Shown in pieces: positions 25,709-35,107 of a stretch of DNA of 37,690 nt. The notes beneath the pieces were generated by a model. The model had not been told where the DNA came from. It worked only from the letters and a program-made list of their open reading frames with translations, and made no database searches. The position numbers were made by a program, and so were the translations under genes. Positions within the stretch are counted from its first letter, which is position 1. The number at the start of each line of letters is the position of its first letter. The stretch comes from Candidatus Cloacimonadota bacterium. GTDB taxonomy: Bacteria; Cloacimonadota; Cloacimonadia; Cloacimonadales; JAJBBL01. The stretch spans positions 1 to 37,690 of the forward strand of contig JAJBBL010000052.1 in NCBI GenBank assembly GCA_020532365.1, given 5' to 3'.

Positions 25709-27616
25709 TTAATCGTTTGTTTCATTTAATAGTGTTTGCCAACGCTCGAACAGCTCTTCATACTCCATATGGATTTCGCTCTGCTCTTCTGATATTTTCT
25801 GGAACTCATCTACAGTCAAAGACTTTGATTTTTCGGTTAGCTCCTGATCCAGTTGGCTTAAACGTTCATCAAGTTGACTCAACCTCTTTTCAGTCTCATC
25901 AATTTCTCGAACTATTTTATACGACGTCTTTCTATTCTTCTGCTTATTCTCTTTATATTGCTTAATCTTCTGTTCTTTAGCTTCCTTTTCAGGGAGGTCA
26001 ACCGGCTCCTCTTCCAAGTATTTACCGACAAGTAGGTAGTCTGAATAATTACCTGCAAATTTACGGATCTTATGCCCATCAAAGATGAAGATGAAGTCTA
26101 CTGTACGGTCTAAAAAATACCGGTCGTGTGAGACTACTAAGAGGCATCCTTGGAAGCTATCGAGGTAATCTTCTAATATTTCTAATGTCTTGATATCAAA
26201 GTCGTTAGTTGGTTCATCCAAGATGATAAAGTTAGCTCCAAACATTAACGATTTCAAAAGGAATAATCTTTTTCTTTCACCACCGGAGAGGGTATGAATC
26301 TTACGTTGCTGCTCCTTAGGGGGGAAATTAAATCTATTGAGGATGTCTTTGACTGACAGTAACTTGCCTGTCTCTGTTTTGATTAGCTCGGCGTTTTCTT
26401 TAATGAAGTCGGCTACTGATATGTTTTCATCGATCTCCTGTTGTTCTTGCTGGAAGAAAGAGAAGTGAGTGTTGAGTCCTTTTTTAACGTTACCGGAATC
26501 AGGCTTAAGTTGCTCTGTCATAATTTTCAGAAGAGTAGTCTTGCCCGTACCGTTCTTACCTATAATTCCAATCCTTTCATTCTTTTGGAAGTGGTGTGAA
26601 AAGTTTTCAAACAGTAAGTGTTCATAACTCTTGGACACCTCTTGTACCTCTAAAATACTTTTACCCATTCGGAGTACTGGGAAGCTCATAATGATTTGCT
26701 TGTCCTCTGTTAGATAAGATTTATCTAATAGCTCCATAACTCGATCGACATGATCTTTAGGCTTAGATGTCCTCGCTTTAGCACCCCTTGAGAGCCATTT
26801 CAACTCTTTCCTTAGAATGGCGAGCCTGGACTCCTCTTTTTTCTGCATTTCATTGTATTGTAGCTCTTTAGCCTGTAAATAGTCGGAGTAAGTGCCTGTA
26901 TAGAAGCGGATGTTTCCCTCTTCTATCTCAGCGATACGGGTACTCACTGTGTCTAAGAAATATCTATCGTGAGTGATAAAGATAATGGTTCCTACATATT
27001 TAATCAAGTATTCTTGTAGCCACTCTATAGTGTCTGTGTCGAGGTGGTTGGTAGGCTCGTCGAGTAGGAGTAGATCGGGGGTAGTAGCCAAGACGCGAGC
27101 TAATTCAAGTCTTCTTTTTTGTCCACCAGAGAGGGTAGACACTTTCGTATTATAGTCATCAAAACCTAATTTATTTAGAATAGCGTGCGCTTTTTGTTCT
27201 AAAGACCAAAGTTCTTTCCGCTCGATTTGTTCAGTTAGTTTTTGTTGCTCTTTAAAAAGCTGGTCTGTATAATTGAAGGAGAGAGCTGTTGAGACCTGAA
27301 AGTATTTGTGTAGTAACATAAAGTCAGGGTCATCACTGAGATAGATGTGATCAAACAGTGTATGATTAGGGTCTATATCAAATTCTTGAGGGAGATAGCC
27401 TATTCGTAGACCACGCTGGGTGGCTACTCTACCAGAGTCAACTACCTCGAAGTCAGCAATGATTTTCAACAGAGTTGACTTTCCGCATCCGTTATCTCCG
27501 ATCAGTCCTACTTTTTCACCATAATGTAGGCCGAAGGTAACTTGGTCAAGGATGACTCTCTCGCCAAATTTTTTACTAATTGTTTCTACTGATAATACGT
27601 TCACTTTCTCTCTCAA
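25709..27616 (-). CDS. ABC-F family ATPase (Uup/YbiT-like; no membrane domain)
   Basis: Two ABC cassettes (GDNGCGKST / LSGGQKRRL / LLLLDEPTNHLD and GKNGTGKTT / LSGGERKRL / FIILDEPTNDFD) and a charged C-terminal coiled coil. Confidence 0.9.
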   Translation of the reverse strand: MREKVNVLSVETISKKFGERVILDQVTFGLHYGEKVGLIGDNGCGKSTLLKIIADFEVVDSGRVATQRGLRIGYLPQEFDIDPNHTLFDHIYLSDDPDFMLLHKYFQVSTALSFNYTDQLFKEQQKLTEQIERKELWSLEQKAHAILNKLGFDDYNTKVSTLSGGQKRRLELARVLATTPDLLLLDEPTNHLDTDTIEWLQEYLIKYVGTIIFITHDRYFLDTVSTRIAEIEEGNIRFYTGTYSDYLQAKELQYNEMQKKEESRLAILRKELKWLSRGAKARTSKPKDHVDRVMELLDKSYLTEDKQIIMSFPVLRMGKSILEVQEVSKSYEHLLFENFSHHFQKNERIGIIGKNGTGKTTLLKIMTEQLKPDSGNVKKGLNTHFSFFQQEQQEIDENISVADFIKENAELIKTETGKLLSVKDILNRFNFPPKEQQRKIHTLSGGERKRLFLLKSLMFGANFIILDEPTNDFDIKTLEILEDYLDSFQGCLLVVSHDRYFLDRTVDFIFIFDGHKIRKFAGNYSDYLLVGKYLEEEPVDLPEKEAKEQKIKQYKENKQKNRKTSYKIVREIDETEKRLSQLDERLSQLDQELTEKSKSLTVDEFQKISEEQSEIHMEYEELFERWQTLLNETND

Positions 27617-27765
27617 TTTGTCGCCAAATAATGGTTGGATTATTATGTGTTATGAAGTTTAATGCAAGGAAATTGTCTATAAAAATCTAACTATTAGCTT
27701 ATTTTAGGGGGTATTAACGACATCAAATCAGCTATAGAATAAAAGGGGCTGAGCTAATTATGTAG

Positions 27766-27793
27766 TTGACAATTTAACCGTGTGACTTATCCT
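27766..27793 (+). promoter_or_regulatory. Candidate promoter for the MscS-like gene
   Basis: TTGACA at 27766-27771, a 16-nt spacer, then TATCCT at 27788-27793. It lies about 40 nt upstream of the start codon. Confidence 0.3.
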
Positions 27794-27834
27794 TTCATCT
27801 AAAGTTTAATGAACTTATGGGAGGGATAGGGGAG

Positions 27835-29838
27835 ATGCGGTACTTTTTAACTATCTTGTTACTCTTTAGCCTAAACTATCTAAATATTGATGCGATTAAC
27901 GCCCAAGAAATTGACGAGTCGATAGACCACTACGTTATCTATAACGGTAAACAGCTGTTTGAGATTACAGAGAACTTGGCAAACTTAACACCTCCACAAA
28001 GGGTGAGTAATATCTCTGAGAGATTACAAAAGATAACAGAGCCGTTTGACCAGAGAAAGCTGAAAGCTCTAACCTCTGAGTTTACCATTGATATCATTTA
28101 TGATACCCTCTTCATAATGTCAATTACACCTGAAGACGCCACTTCTTACGGTAAATCAAAGAATGAGACTGCTGAGGAATATATAAAAATAATAGGGGCT
28201 TCTCTTGATGAGCATCTCAATATCAAAACTATAGATAACCCTGCTGAAATTCTCACCTTTATTATCCAGCAAAGAGTTGTTATCCTAAAAGTTATCGCTG
28301 CTCTTGCCCTGCTGTTCTTACTCATAGTTGCCAATCATTATCTCTCGAAGCTTTTCACAAAACTCTACAAGTCTGCCCGAGAAAACAATAAAAAGAAGTT
28401 AAAACCTATTGTAATTAAAGGGTACGAGCTGATCAATACTGAGACTGTGATCTCGACAACACTTTTAATACTCCGAGGTATCCGGCTTTCGCTCCTTATT
28501 CTGCTCGTCTACTTCTTTTTTGCCATAGTCAACCATCTCTTCCCTTGGGCTAAGGCCTCCTCTTCTATCATAAAGAGCATTTTTCTAATTTTACTTACGG
28601 TTTCAATCACAGTTGTACTGTTTAGAGTTGTGAAAATCGGTATGGATATGCTTAAAAAGAGTGTTTTAAGAATGAAGGGGACGCTGATAGTTCCGCTTAG
28701 AATCAAAACAGTTAAGCTTTTGGATGAAGATCAAATTGTCACTTTAGTTCAGAAACTCATCTTTGGTTTACAGCTCTTAATCGAAATATTTATCATCTAT
28801 ATCACTATTCCAATTATATTCAGCTTCTTTGAGTTCTCTAAGTCCTGGGCAAGTATTCTTTTCGGCTACATTCTTAACCCTCTTAAATCTGCGTTCACCT
28901 CCTTCTTTGGCTATCTACCAAACCTCTTTTTTGTTGGGGTCATTATCTTTATCGTTCGCTACGTATTGAAGCTGATAAAGAACATTTTTAGAGAGTTAGA
29001 GCATGGTAATATTAAGATAACTAATTTCAAGCAGCAGTGGTCAGAGCCGACGTACAAAATAGTCAGAACACTTAACATAGCTTTTGCCTTTATCATTATT
29101 TTTCCATACCTACCAGGCTCACAGTCTGAAGCTTTCAAAGGAGTCTCACTCTTCTTGGGTGTACTCTTCTCGTTAGGCTCAACCGCAATAGTAGCCAATA
29201 TGATCTCAGGTATAGTGCTTACATACACAGACGCTTTTAATCTCGGCGACCGAATTAAGCTTGGTGAGAACATCGGGAATGTTATCGAAAAAACACTTAT
29301 TGTTACCCGAATCAAGACTAATAAGAATGTGATAATAACTATTCCAAACTCTGTCGTGCTCAGTAGCCATATCATTAACTACACAACCTCCTCTGCAGGG
29401 GAAGGGCTGATTATTGATGTTACTGTTCAATTTGGGTATGATGTCCCCTGGAGAAAGGTTAGAGACCTGCTTCTTAAAGCTGCTGATCTAACTGAAATAA
29501 TTGCTAAAGAACCCAAGCCCTTTGTGCTGCAAATCGATCTCGATGATGCTTATACTACTTATGAACTAAACTGCTATATCCATAGCTCAGATAAAATACC
29601 AATAATCCTATCTGAACTTAGACAAAATATCCAAGACGTGTTTCACGAAGCAGGACTCGAACTTGTGCTTCCAAAATATATCGCCCTTAGAGACGGCGCT
29701 CGAAAAGGTGTACCCAATGATTACCTCCCTAAAGAGTATCAAGCACCCGCTTTTGCAGTTAAAGTAGTTAATACCTTATCCAAAGCTGGGAAAAAGGGCA
29801 GTGAGGCTGAAAACACAGGTAAAGACAATATCGATTGA
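27835..29838 (+). CDS. Mechanosensitive ion channel family protein (MscS-like with a large N-terminal extracytoplasmic/TM extension)
   Basis: Signal-like N-terminus and multiple TM helices. MscS core: GVLFSLGSTAIVANMISGIVL...FNLGDRIKLGENIGNVIEKTLIVTRIKT..NVIITIPNS. I prefer ATG 27835 (GGGAGGGA upstream) over 27817. Confidence 0.85.
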   Translation: MRYFLTILLLFSLNYLNIDAINAQEIDESIDHYVIYNGKQLFEITENLANLTPPQRVSNISERLQKITEPFDQRKLKALTSEFTIDIIYDTLFIMSITPEDATSYGKSKNETAEEYIKIIGASLDEHLNIKTIDNPAEILTFIIQQRVVILKVIAALALLFLLIVANHYLSKLFTKLYKSARENNKKKLKPIVIKGYELINTETVISTTLLILRGIRLSLLILLVYFFFAIVNHLFPWAKASSSIIKSIFLILLTVSITVVLFRVVKIGMDMLKKSVLRMKGTLIVPLRIKTVKLLDEDQIVTLVQKLIFGLQLLIEIFIIYITIPIIFSFFEFSKSWASILFGYILNPLKSAFTSFFGYLPNLFFVGVIIFIVRYVLKLIKNIFRELEHGNIKITNFKQQWSEPTYKIVRTLNIAFAFIIIFPYLPGSQSEAFKGVSLFLGVLFSLGSTAIVANMISGIVLTYTDAFNLGDRIKLGENIGNVIEKTLIVTRIKTNKNVIITIPNSVVLSSHIINYTTSSAGEGLIIDVTVQFGYDVPWRKVRDLLLKAADLTEIIAKEPKPFVLQIDLDDAYTTYELNCYIHSSDKIPIILSELRQNIQDVFHEAGLELVLPKYIALRDGARKGVPNDYLPKEYQAPAFAVKVVNTLSKAGKKGSEAENTGKDNID

Positions 29839-30068
29839 TCTGTTTAAAAGAGACCTTTTGCGATAAATCGTCCAGCCTTAAAGGGAAATGATATTGACAT
29901 AATATCCCCCTCTTAATAAAAAGACACTACCCTGTTAATAGTTCTGATAGTGGAGCGTTATTAAAAGCTCGGCGTTTGCTGAGAGGGATAACAAGAGGCT
30001 TATACCAATTGAGCTAACACTATTAGATGTGTGTGTAAAATGATTAAAGGAGTGTTAGAGGTAAGCGT

Positions 30069-30314
30069 ATGGGTTTATTTTTGGAAAAGCTGGCTGACTT
30101 ATATATCCTGCTTTTAGTGATAAGGGCTGTGTTGTCTTGGTTCTCACCAGACCCCTATCATCCGTTATACCGGTTTCTAATTAACGTTACGGAGCCTGTT
30201 TTGTCACCATTACGCTCTATCTTACCTGATACAGGTATAGATTTCTCGCCACTTGTCGCTATACTGCTCATTCAAGTTGTAGTACGTAGCGTAATCAAGT
30301 TTGCCTTCATATAG
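30069..30314 (+). CDS. yggT: YggT family membrane protein
   Basis: 81 aa, two TM helices, IRAVLSWFSPDPYHP...TEPVLSPLR motif. Confidence 0.8.
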   Translation: MGLFLEKLADLYILLLVIRAVLSWFSPDPYHPLYRFLINVTEPVLSPLRSILPDTGIDFSPLVAILLIQVVVRSVIKFAFI

Positions 30315-30351
30315 GTGTATATTTTTCGCAAAGACATAGAAAGGGGGAAAG

Positions 30352-31182
30352 ATGGTAGATTACAGAAATGCAGTCATTGAGGCAGCCAAATACGTTAAAG
30401 AGAAAAGCGCTGGTTTCAAGCCCAAAATAGGCATAATCTTAGGCACAGGGCTTAGCTCCTTTACCGATAATCTAAACGATACGATTACGATAAACTATAA
30501 AGAGATACCAAACTTCCCAGTCTCAACCGCACCTTCTCATAAAGGTAACTTGATCCTCGGCCAATACGGTTCACAGAACGTTATCGCAATGCAAGGACGC
30601 TTTCACTATTATGAAGGGTACTCTATGGATAAGGTGACTTTTCCGATCAGGGTTATGAAAGAGCTTGGAGTGGAGCTAATAATAGTTACAAATGCTGCTG
30701 GTGGACTGAATCCTAAGTTAAAAGCTGGCTCTATTGTCTTGATAAAGGATCATATAAACCATATGGGAACCAACCCTTTGATAGGACCGAACGACGAGTA
30801 CTTTGGTGAACGCTTTCCAAGTATGAATGACCCTTACTCTAAACGATTAAGAGATAAGTTTCTTCAAATATCAGAAGAGAAAGGAATAGAGGTGACTGAA
30901 GGTGTTTACATAGGGGTAACAGGACCGAGTATAGAGACTGTTAGCGAGTGTCGCGCTTTCTTGTCCTGGGGAGCAGATGTAGTCGGTATGTCTACAGTTC
31001 CGGAGGTGATTGTATCCGTTCATTCAGGTATAGAGGTGTTAGGCATCTCAATAGTCACCAATATGAGTAATCTATACCACAATGAAGAGCATAGTCAACA
31101 GGAGATTCAAGATACCGCACAACGCTCTTACGACAATATAAATCGAATACTGGAAGTGTTCGTAGAAAAGGCATTTTTTTAA
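30352..31182 (+). CDS. punA: Purine nucleoside phosphorylase (trimeric PNP/MTAP family, PunA type)
   Basis: GIILGTGLS, HKGNLILG, GRFHYYEGY, VTNAAGGLN, ERFPSMNDPY, GPSIETVSECR, GADVVGMSTVPEV. Confidence 0.9.
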   Translation: MVDYRNAVIEAAKYVKEKSAGFKPKIGIILGTGLSSFTDNLNDTITINYKEIPNFPVSTAPSHKGNLILGQYGSQNVIAMQGRFHYYEGYSMDKVTFPIRVMKELGVELIIVTNAAGGLNPKLKAGSIVLIKDHINHMGTNPLIGPNDEYFGERFPSMNDPYSKRLRDKFLQISEEKGIEVTEGVYIGVTGPSIETVSECRAFLSWGADVVGMSTVPEVIVSVHSGIEVLGISIVTNMSNLYHNEEHSQQEIQDTAQRSYDNINRILEVFVEKAFF

Positions 31183-31201
31183 TAATATAAGGAGTATTAC
31201 A

Positions 31202-31600
31202 ATGGCAAAACCGACTTATAACAAAGTGAAGCTGAAACAGTTTGAAGAGGAGCTGCTACAAGAGCGTGAGGAAACAATGAAAGTTATCCGGGATATTAAC
31301 GCTATGCAGAGACGTGGAGTTAAAGATTCCGGTGGCGACTTGTCCTCATACTCTACTCATCAAGCTGATCAAGGCACTGATTCTGATACTCTTGAAAAAG
31401 AGGTTTTTCTACTCGAGAGTATGCAAGAAAAGCTACGCAATGTCAACTTAGCTTTAAACAGAATTTATGAAGGTAAGTTTGGCATCTGTGAGATGTGCCA
31501 TACAGAGATTGAAGAGGCTCGGCTAAAAGTCGTTCCTTACGCTAATATGTGTATCGATTGCAAGACAGAGGAAGAGAATAAACGTAATAAAAAAAGATGA
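31202..31600 (+). CDS. DksA/TraR family C4 zinc-finger protein
   Basis: A coiled-coil N-terminal region is followed by CEMCHTEIEEARLKVVPYANMCIDCK. Confidence 0.8.
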   Translation: MAKPTYNKVKLKQFEEELLQEREETMKVIRDINAMQRRGVKDSGGDLSSYSTHQADQGTDSDTLEKEVFLLESMQEKLRNVNLALNRIYEGKFGICEMCHTEIEEARLKVVPYANMCIDCKTEEENKRNKKR

Positions 31601-32109
31601 AGCGATATAGGTATCTATGGGTGAGTATACTGATTATACTCTTAGATCAAGCCACAAAGCTTCGAGTTAGACACTTTATGGAGTTAGGAGAATCGATCCC
31701 TATCATAGGTGATTTTTTCCGTTTGACTTATGTTACCAATACTGGGGCTGCCTTTAGTATGTCATTTGGTGACGGTCTTTTCAATAAGGTGTTTTTCTTA
31801 GTAGTCCCACTGGTAGCGGTTGTTATCCTGCTATTCTTAATGTATAAGGATAAGCAGGGTGGATTAATGCAAGTTGGCTATGCCCTCATATTAGGTGGAG
31901 CAATTGGTAATTACATAGATAGATTGGCTTATGGCTCGGTAGTGGACTTTTTAGATTTCGACTTCTTTGACATTATTATTGAGCGTTGGCCTGTGTTTAA
32001 TGTTGCTGACAGTGCAATTGTAGTGGCGTTTATTTTGCTATTAGTTGAGGTAATGATTCTTGAGCCATTAAAGTCGAAAAGGGTAGTAAAAGAGCTTACG
32101 CTATCATAA
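31597..32109 (+). CDS. lspA: Lipoprotein signal peptidase (signal peptidase II)
   Basis: TNTGAAFSM, GGAIGNYIDRL, VVDFLDF, FNVADSAI. It overlaps the previous gene by 4 nt. Confidence 0.9.
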   Translation: MKRYRYLWVSILIILLDQATKLRVRHFMELGESIPIIGDFFRLTYVTNTGAAFSMSFGDGLFNKVFFLVVPLVAVVILLFLMYKDKQGGLMQVGYALILGGAIGNYIDRLAYGSVVDFLDFDFFDIIIERWPVFNVADSAIVVAFILLLVEVMILEPLKSKRVVKELTLS

Positions 32110-32185
32110 GTTTGATAGGTTAGCACTATAGGTGGGATTAATCAAGTGAGTAATATTAGTCTAAACATTGGGAGGATGGATAGTT

Positions 32186-32482
32186 ATGAAGAACAAAAAC
32201 AAAGAGAGTACTCCTCAAAGTAACCCGTTTTTACAGAATTTAATGAAGTTATCTTTTGGAGCAGCACAGCATATGATTAAAGATTTTACACTATCGAGGT
32301 CGGTAAAGAAACTCGATCAGAACAACGAGCGATTTGATACTATTGAGAATGTGCTGATCAAATGTGAGATGAAGATTAATCAGCTTCAGAATGACATAGA
32401 TCGACTTAGGATTCAGTTGTTTTGGAGTAATGCTGTCATCATAGTTGCAGTTGTATTGATACTGTTTAAGCTATTGATTTAG
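32186..32482 (+). CDS. Hypothetical small tail-anchored protein (coiled coil plus C-terminal TM helix)
   Basis: ATG 32186 has GGGAGGATGG upstream. The C-terminal segment AVIIVAVVLILFKLLI is hydrophobic. No recognised family. Confidence 0.5.
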   Translation: MKNKNKESTPQSNPFLQNLMKLSFGAAQHMIKDFTLSRSVKKLDQNNERFDTIENVLIKCEMKINQLQNDIDRLRIQLFWSNAVIIVAVVLILFKLLI

Positions 32483-32908
32483 TTTAAGTTGAGCCTTGCT
32501 ATCTAAGTAATCTTCTACATATTCTTTTGCTCTGTCGGCTATCCATTTTTTGAACAGGATGCTCCACTCTTTTTGGGAGCGGGGATAGTCGATTAAGGCG
32601 CTTTGAAAGTTGACCATAGCTGTTTTAGGGTCTTTTTGTTTCAACAAAGAAGTCAGGTGTTCCTGTATTATTTCGGTCTCTTGATCGAGTGCAAAGTCTT
32701 CCATTAGGTCGACAATATCTGTGACTATGGGCTCAATCTTGATCAAGCTATCGTCTGTTTTCTGGAGGTGGTGCAGGTCTAAGGCAAATTTAACCACCTC
32801 TTTTTTCTTTGTATCGAAATAATATAGTATTTGGTCATCGATGCTGCTTAGAGCTTCAGCCAGTGTTTTCAATAAGTCTTTATCTTTCTTCATCATAGGT
32901 CCTTTCAA
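32471..32908 (-). CDS. Hypothetical acidic cytoplasmic protein (145 aa; loosely reminiscent of UPF0158-type proteins)
   Basis: It is the only long ORF in this interval and has coding-like composition. Its 3' end overlaps the convergent small gene by 12 nt. The family call is a weak recollection only. Confidence 0.5.
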   Translation of the reverse strand: MKGPMMKKDKDLLKTLAEALSSIDDQILYYFDTKKKEVVKFALDLHHLQKTDDSLIKIEPIVTDIVDLMEDFALDQETEIIQEHLTSLLKQKDPKTAMVNFQSALIDYPRSQKEWSILFKKWIADRAKEYVEDYLDSKAQLKLNQ

Positions 32909-33096
32909 GTCATTTTACGTCTAACTATTCCGATCTCATCAGACTTGGCAACCTCTTTTTTTATTCTCACCCCATATTTCAAGAAATGCTTTACAAATAT
33001 TCCGCTTATAATGAAGGTGAGTTATGAGTTTAAGAGTGTGCTTAATTTGTCGTATAGTGAAAATAACTCTATAAACTCGCTAAAAGAGAGGATAGA

Positions 33097-35103
33097 ATGG
33101 ATAAATTCAAGCTTTATGCCCCTTATAAGCCAACTGGTGACCAGCCACAGGCAATAGAGGAGTTAGTAGCAGGTATAGAAGAGAATCGACGTTTTCAAAC
33201 GCTTCTTGGTGTTACAGGCTCTGGTAAGACATTTACCATAGCCAACGTTATCGAGAGGACTAATAAGCCAACGCTGATTATCTCGCATAACAAAACGTTA
33301 GCTGCTCAGTTATATGGTGAGCTAAGGCAGTTTTTCCCTGATAATGCAGTAGAGTTTTTCATCAGCTATTATGATTACTATCAACCTGAAGCGTATGTCC
33401 CAATGAAGGATTTATATATTGAAAAAGACACCGATGTTAACGAGCAGATAGATAAGTTACGTCTAAGGGCTACTATGTCTTTAGCTGAACGGCGGGACAC
33501 GATAATTGTCGCCAGTGTCTCCTGTATTTATGGATTAGGAATACCTAAAGACTATAAGGAGGCATTGATTCCGCTAAGAGTAGGGGAGGAGATGGAGAGA
33601 GAGCTCTTTTTAGAAAAGCTTATCCATATCCACTATGGTCGCAACGATGTTGCTTTTGAAAGGGGTACCTTCCGTGTTCGTGGCGACATTATTGAGATAT
33701 ACCCAGCTTATATGGAGCACTCGATAAGGGTCGAGTTCTTTGGCGATATGATAGAGAAGATAACGAGAATAAACCCTATCAACAATCATATTATCGAAGA
33801 GGTAGATCGTTATGCAATATACCCCGCTAAGCACTTTATAACTACTAAAGAGAACTTAGAGCGAGCTATAGCGTCGATTGAAAAAGAGTTAGAGCAACAG
33901 ATCTATCTCTTTAATCAACAAAACAAGCTCGTTGAAGCGCAGAGGATAGAGCAACGCACCCGTTTCGATATCGAAATGATGAGAGAATTAAACTACTGCT
34001 CTGGCATCGAAAACTACTCCCGTCATATGAGCGGTGTGCCTGCAGGTCATCCACCTTTCTGTTTAATGGACTACTTTCCAGACGACTATTTGGTCATCAT
34101 TGACGAGTCACACGCTACTATACCACAAGTCAGAGCTATGTATGGTGGAGACTATTCAAGGAAGAAGAATCTCGTTGATTATGGTTTTAGACTACCTTCA
34201 GCTTATGATAATAGGCCTCTCACTTTTGATGAATTTGAAGAGCATCTACATCAAGCAATATTTGTCTCTGCAACACCGGGTGACTATGAGTTAGATAAGA
34301 CATCAGGTGTATTTGTAGAACAGGTGATTAGACCGACTGGACTTCCAGATCCAGAGATAGAGATCAGGCCAGTTTCTACACAAGTAGATGACCTATTAGA
34401 GGAGATACGGGTCAGAACTTTAGCGGGTGCTCAGCGGGAGAAGATTTTAGTCACTACTCTGACCAAGAAGATGGCTGAAGACTTAACCACTTATTTATCT
34501 GAGGCAGGCGTCAGAGTCAAGTATCTTCACAGTGACATTGACTCTTTAAAACGCTCTAAAATTATCCGAGAGCTCCGGTTAGATGAGTTTGACGTATTAG
34601 TTGGAATAAACCTATTAAGGGAAGGGTTAGACTTGCCAGAAGTCTCATTAGTAGCAATTTTTGACGCTGATAAAACAGGCTTTTTAAGGTCATCCCGTTC
34701 TTTAATTCAGACTTCAGGCCGAGCAGCTCGTAACATTAACGGCAAGGTGATTTTCTATGCAGACACAATTACTCCGGCTATCAAAACTACAATAGAGGAG
34801 ACTAAACGACGTCGTGAAAAGCAGTTAGCCTATAATATTGAATACAATATCACCCCTATGTCGATCAACAAATCGGTCGAAGAGATACTCGAATCTACCT
34901 ATGTAGCAGAGGGTTATCAAGAGTATACAACGAGCCGCAAGAGTGAAAAGAAAGATTTTGAAGCTTATTTCAAGCTCGAGTCGAGAGAGCAGATAATTGA
35001 GCTTTTAAAGAAGGAGATGAAAAAGGCTGCCGAACAATTACGCTTCGAAGAGGCGGCTGAGATTAGAGACCGCTTAATTGAGATGGAGAGCGTAATAAAA
35101 TAG
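33097..35103 (+). CDS. uvrB: Excinuclease ABC subunit B
   Basis: [39 protein letters not shown], and the C-terminal UVR motif [11 protein letters not shown]. Confidence 0.95.
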   Translation: MDKFKLYAPYKPTGDQPQAIEELVAGIEENRRFQTLLGVTGSGKTFTIANVIERTNKPTLIISHNKTLAAQLYGELRQFFPDNAVEFFISYYDYYQPEAYVPMKDLYIEKDTDVNEQIDKLRLRATMSLAERRDTIIVASVSCIYGLGIPKDYKEALIPLRVGEEMERELFLEKLIHIHYGRNDVAFERGTFRVRGDIIEIYPAYMEHSIRVEFFGDMIEKITRINPINNHIIEEVDRYAIYPAKHFITTKENLERAIASIEKELEQQIYLFNQQNKLVEAQRIEQRTRFDIEMMRELNYCSGIENYSRHMSGVPAGHPPFCLMDYFPDDYLVIIDESHATIPQVRAMYGGDYSRKKNLVDYGFRLPSAYDNRPLTFDEFEEHLHQAIFVSATPGDYELDKTSGVFVEQVIRPTGLPDPEIEIRPVSTQVDDLLEEIRVRTLAGAQREKILVTTLTKKMAEDLTTYLSEAGVRVKYLHSDIDSLKRSKIIRELRLDEFDVLVGINLLREGLDLPEVSLVAIFDADKTGFLRSSRSLIQTSGRAARNINGKVIFYADTITPAIKTTIEETKRRREKQLAYNIEYNITPMSINKSVEEILESTYVAEGYQEYTTSRKSEKKDFEAYFKLESREQIIELLKKEMKKAAEQLRFEEAAEIRDRLIEMESVIK

Positions 35104-35107
35104 GCTA

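Noticed and set aside
28959-29430. Minus-strand ORFs of 138 and 74 aa inside the MscS-like gene
   Set aside because: They are antisense shadow ORFs within a gene that has clear MscS core motifs.
32909-33096. SOS operator (LexA CTGT-N8-ACAG or Cheo-box GAAC-N4-GTTC) upstream of uvrB
   Set aside because: Neither consensus appears on either strand in this spacer.
32945-33157. 70-aa plus-strand ORF running into the uvrB start
   Set aside because: It overlaps uvrB out of frame and begins with a non-ATG codon (TTG) that has no ribosome-binding site. The uvrB ATG at 33097 has AGAGAGGA upstream.
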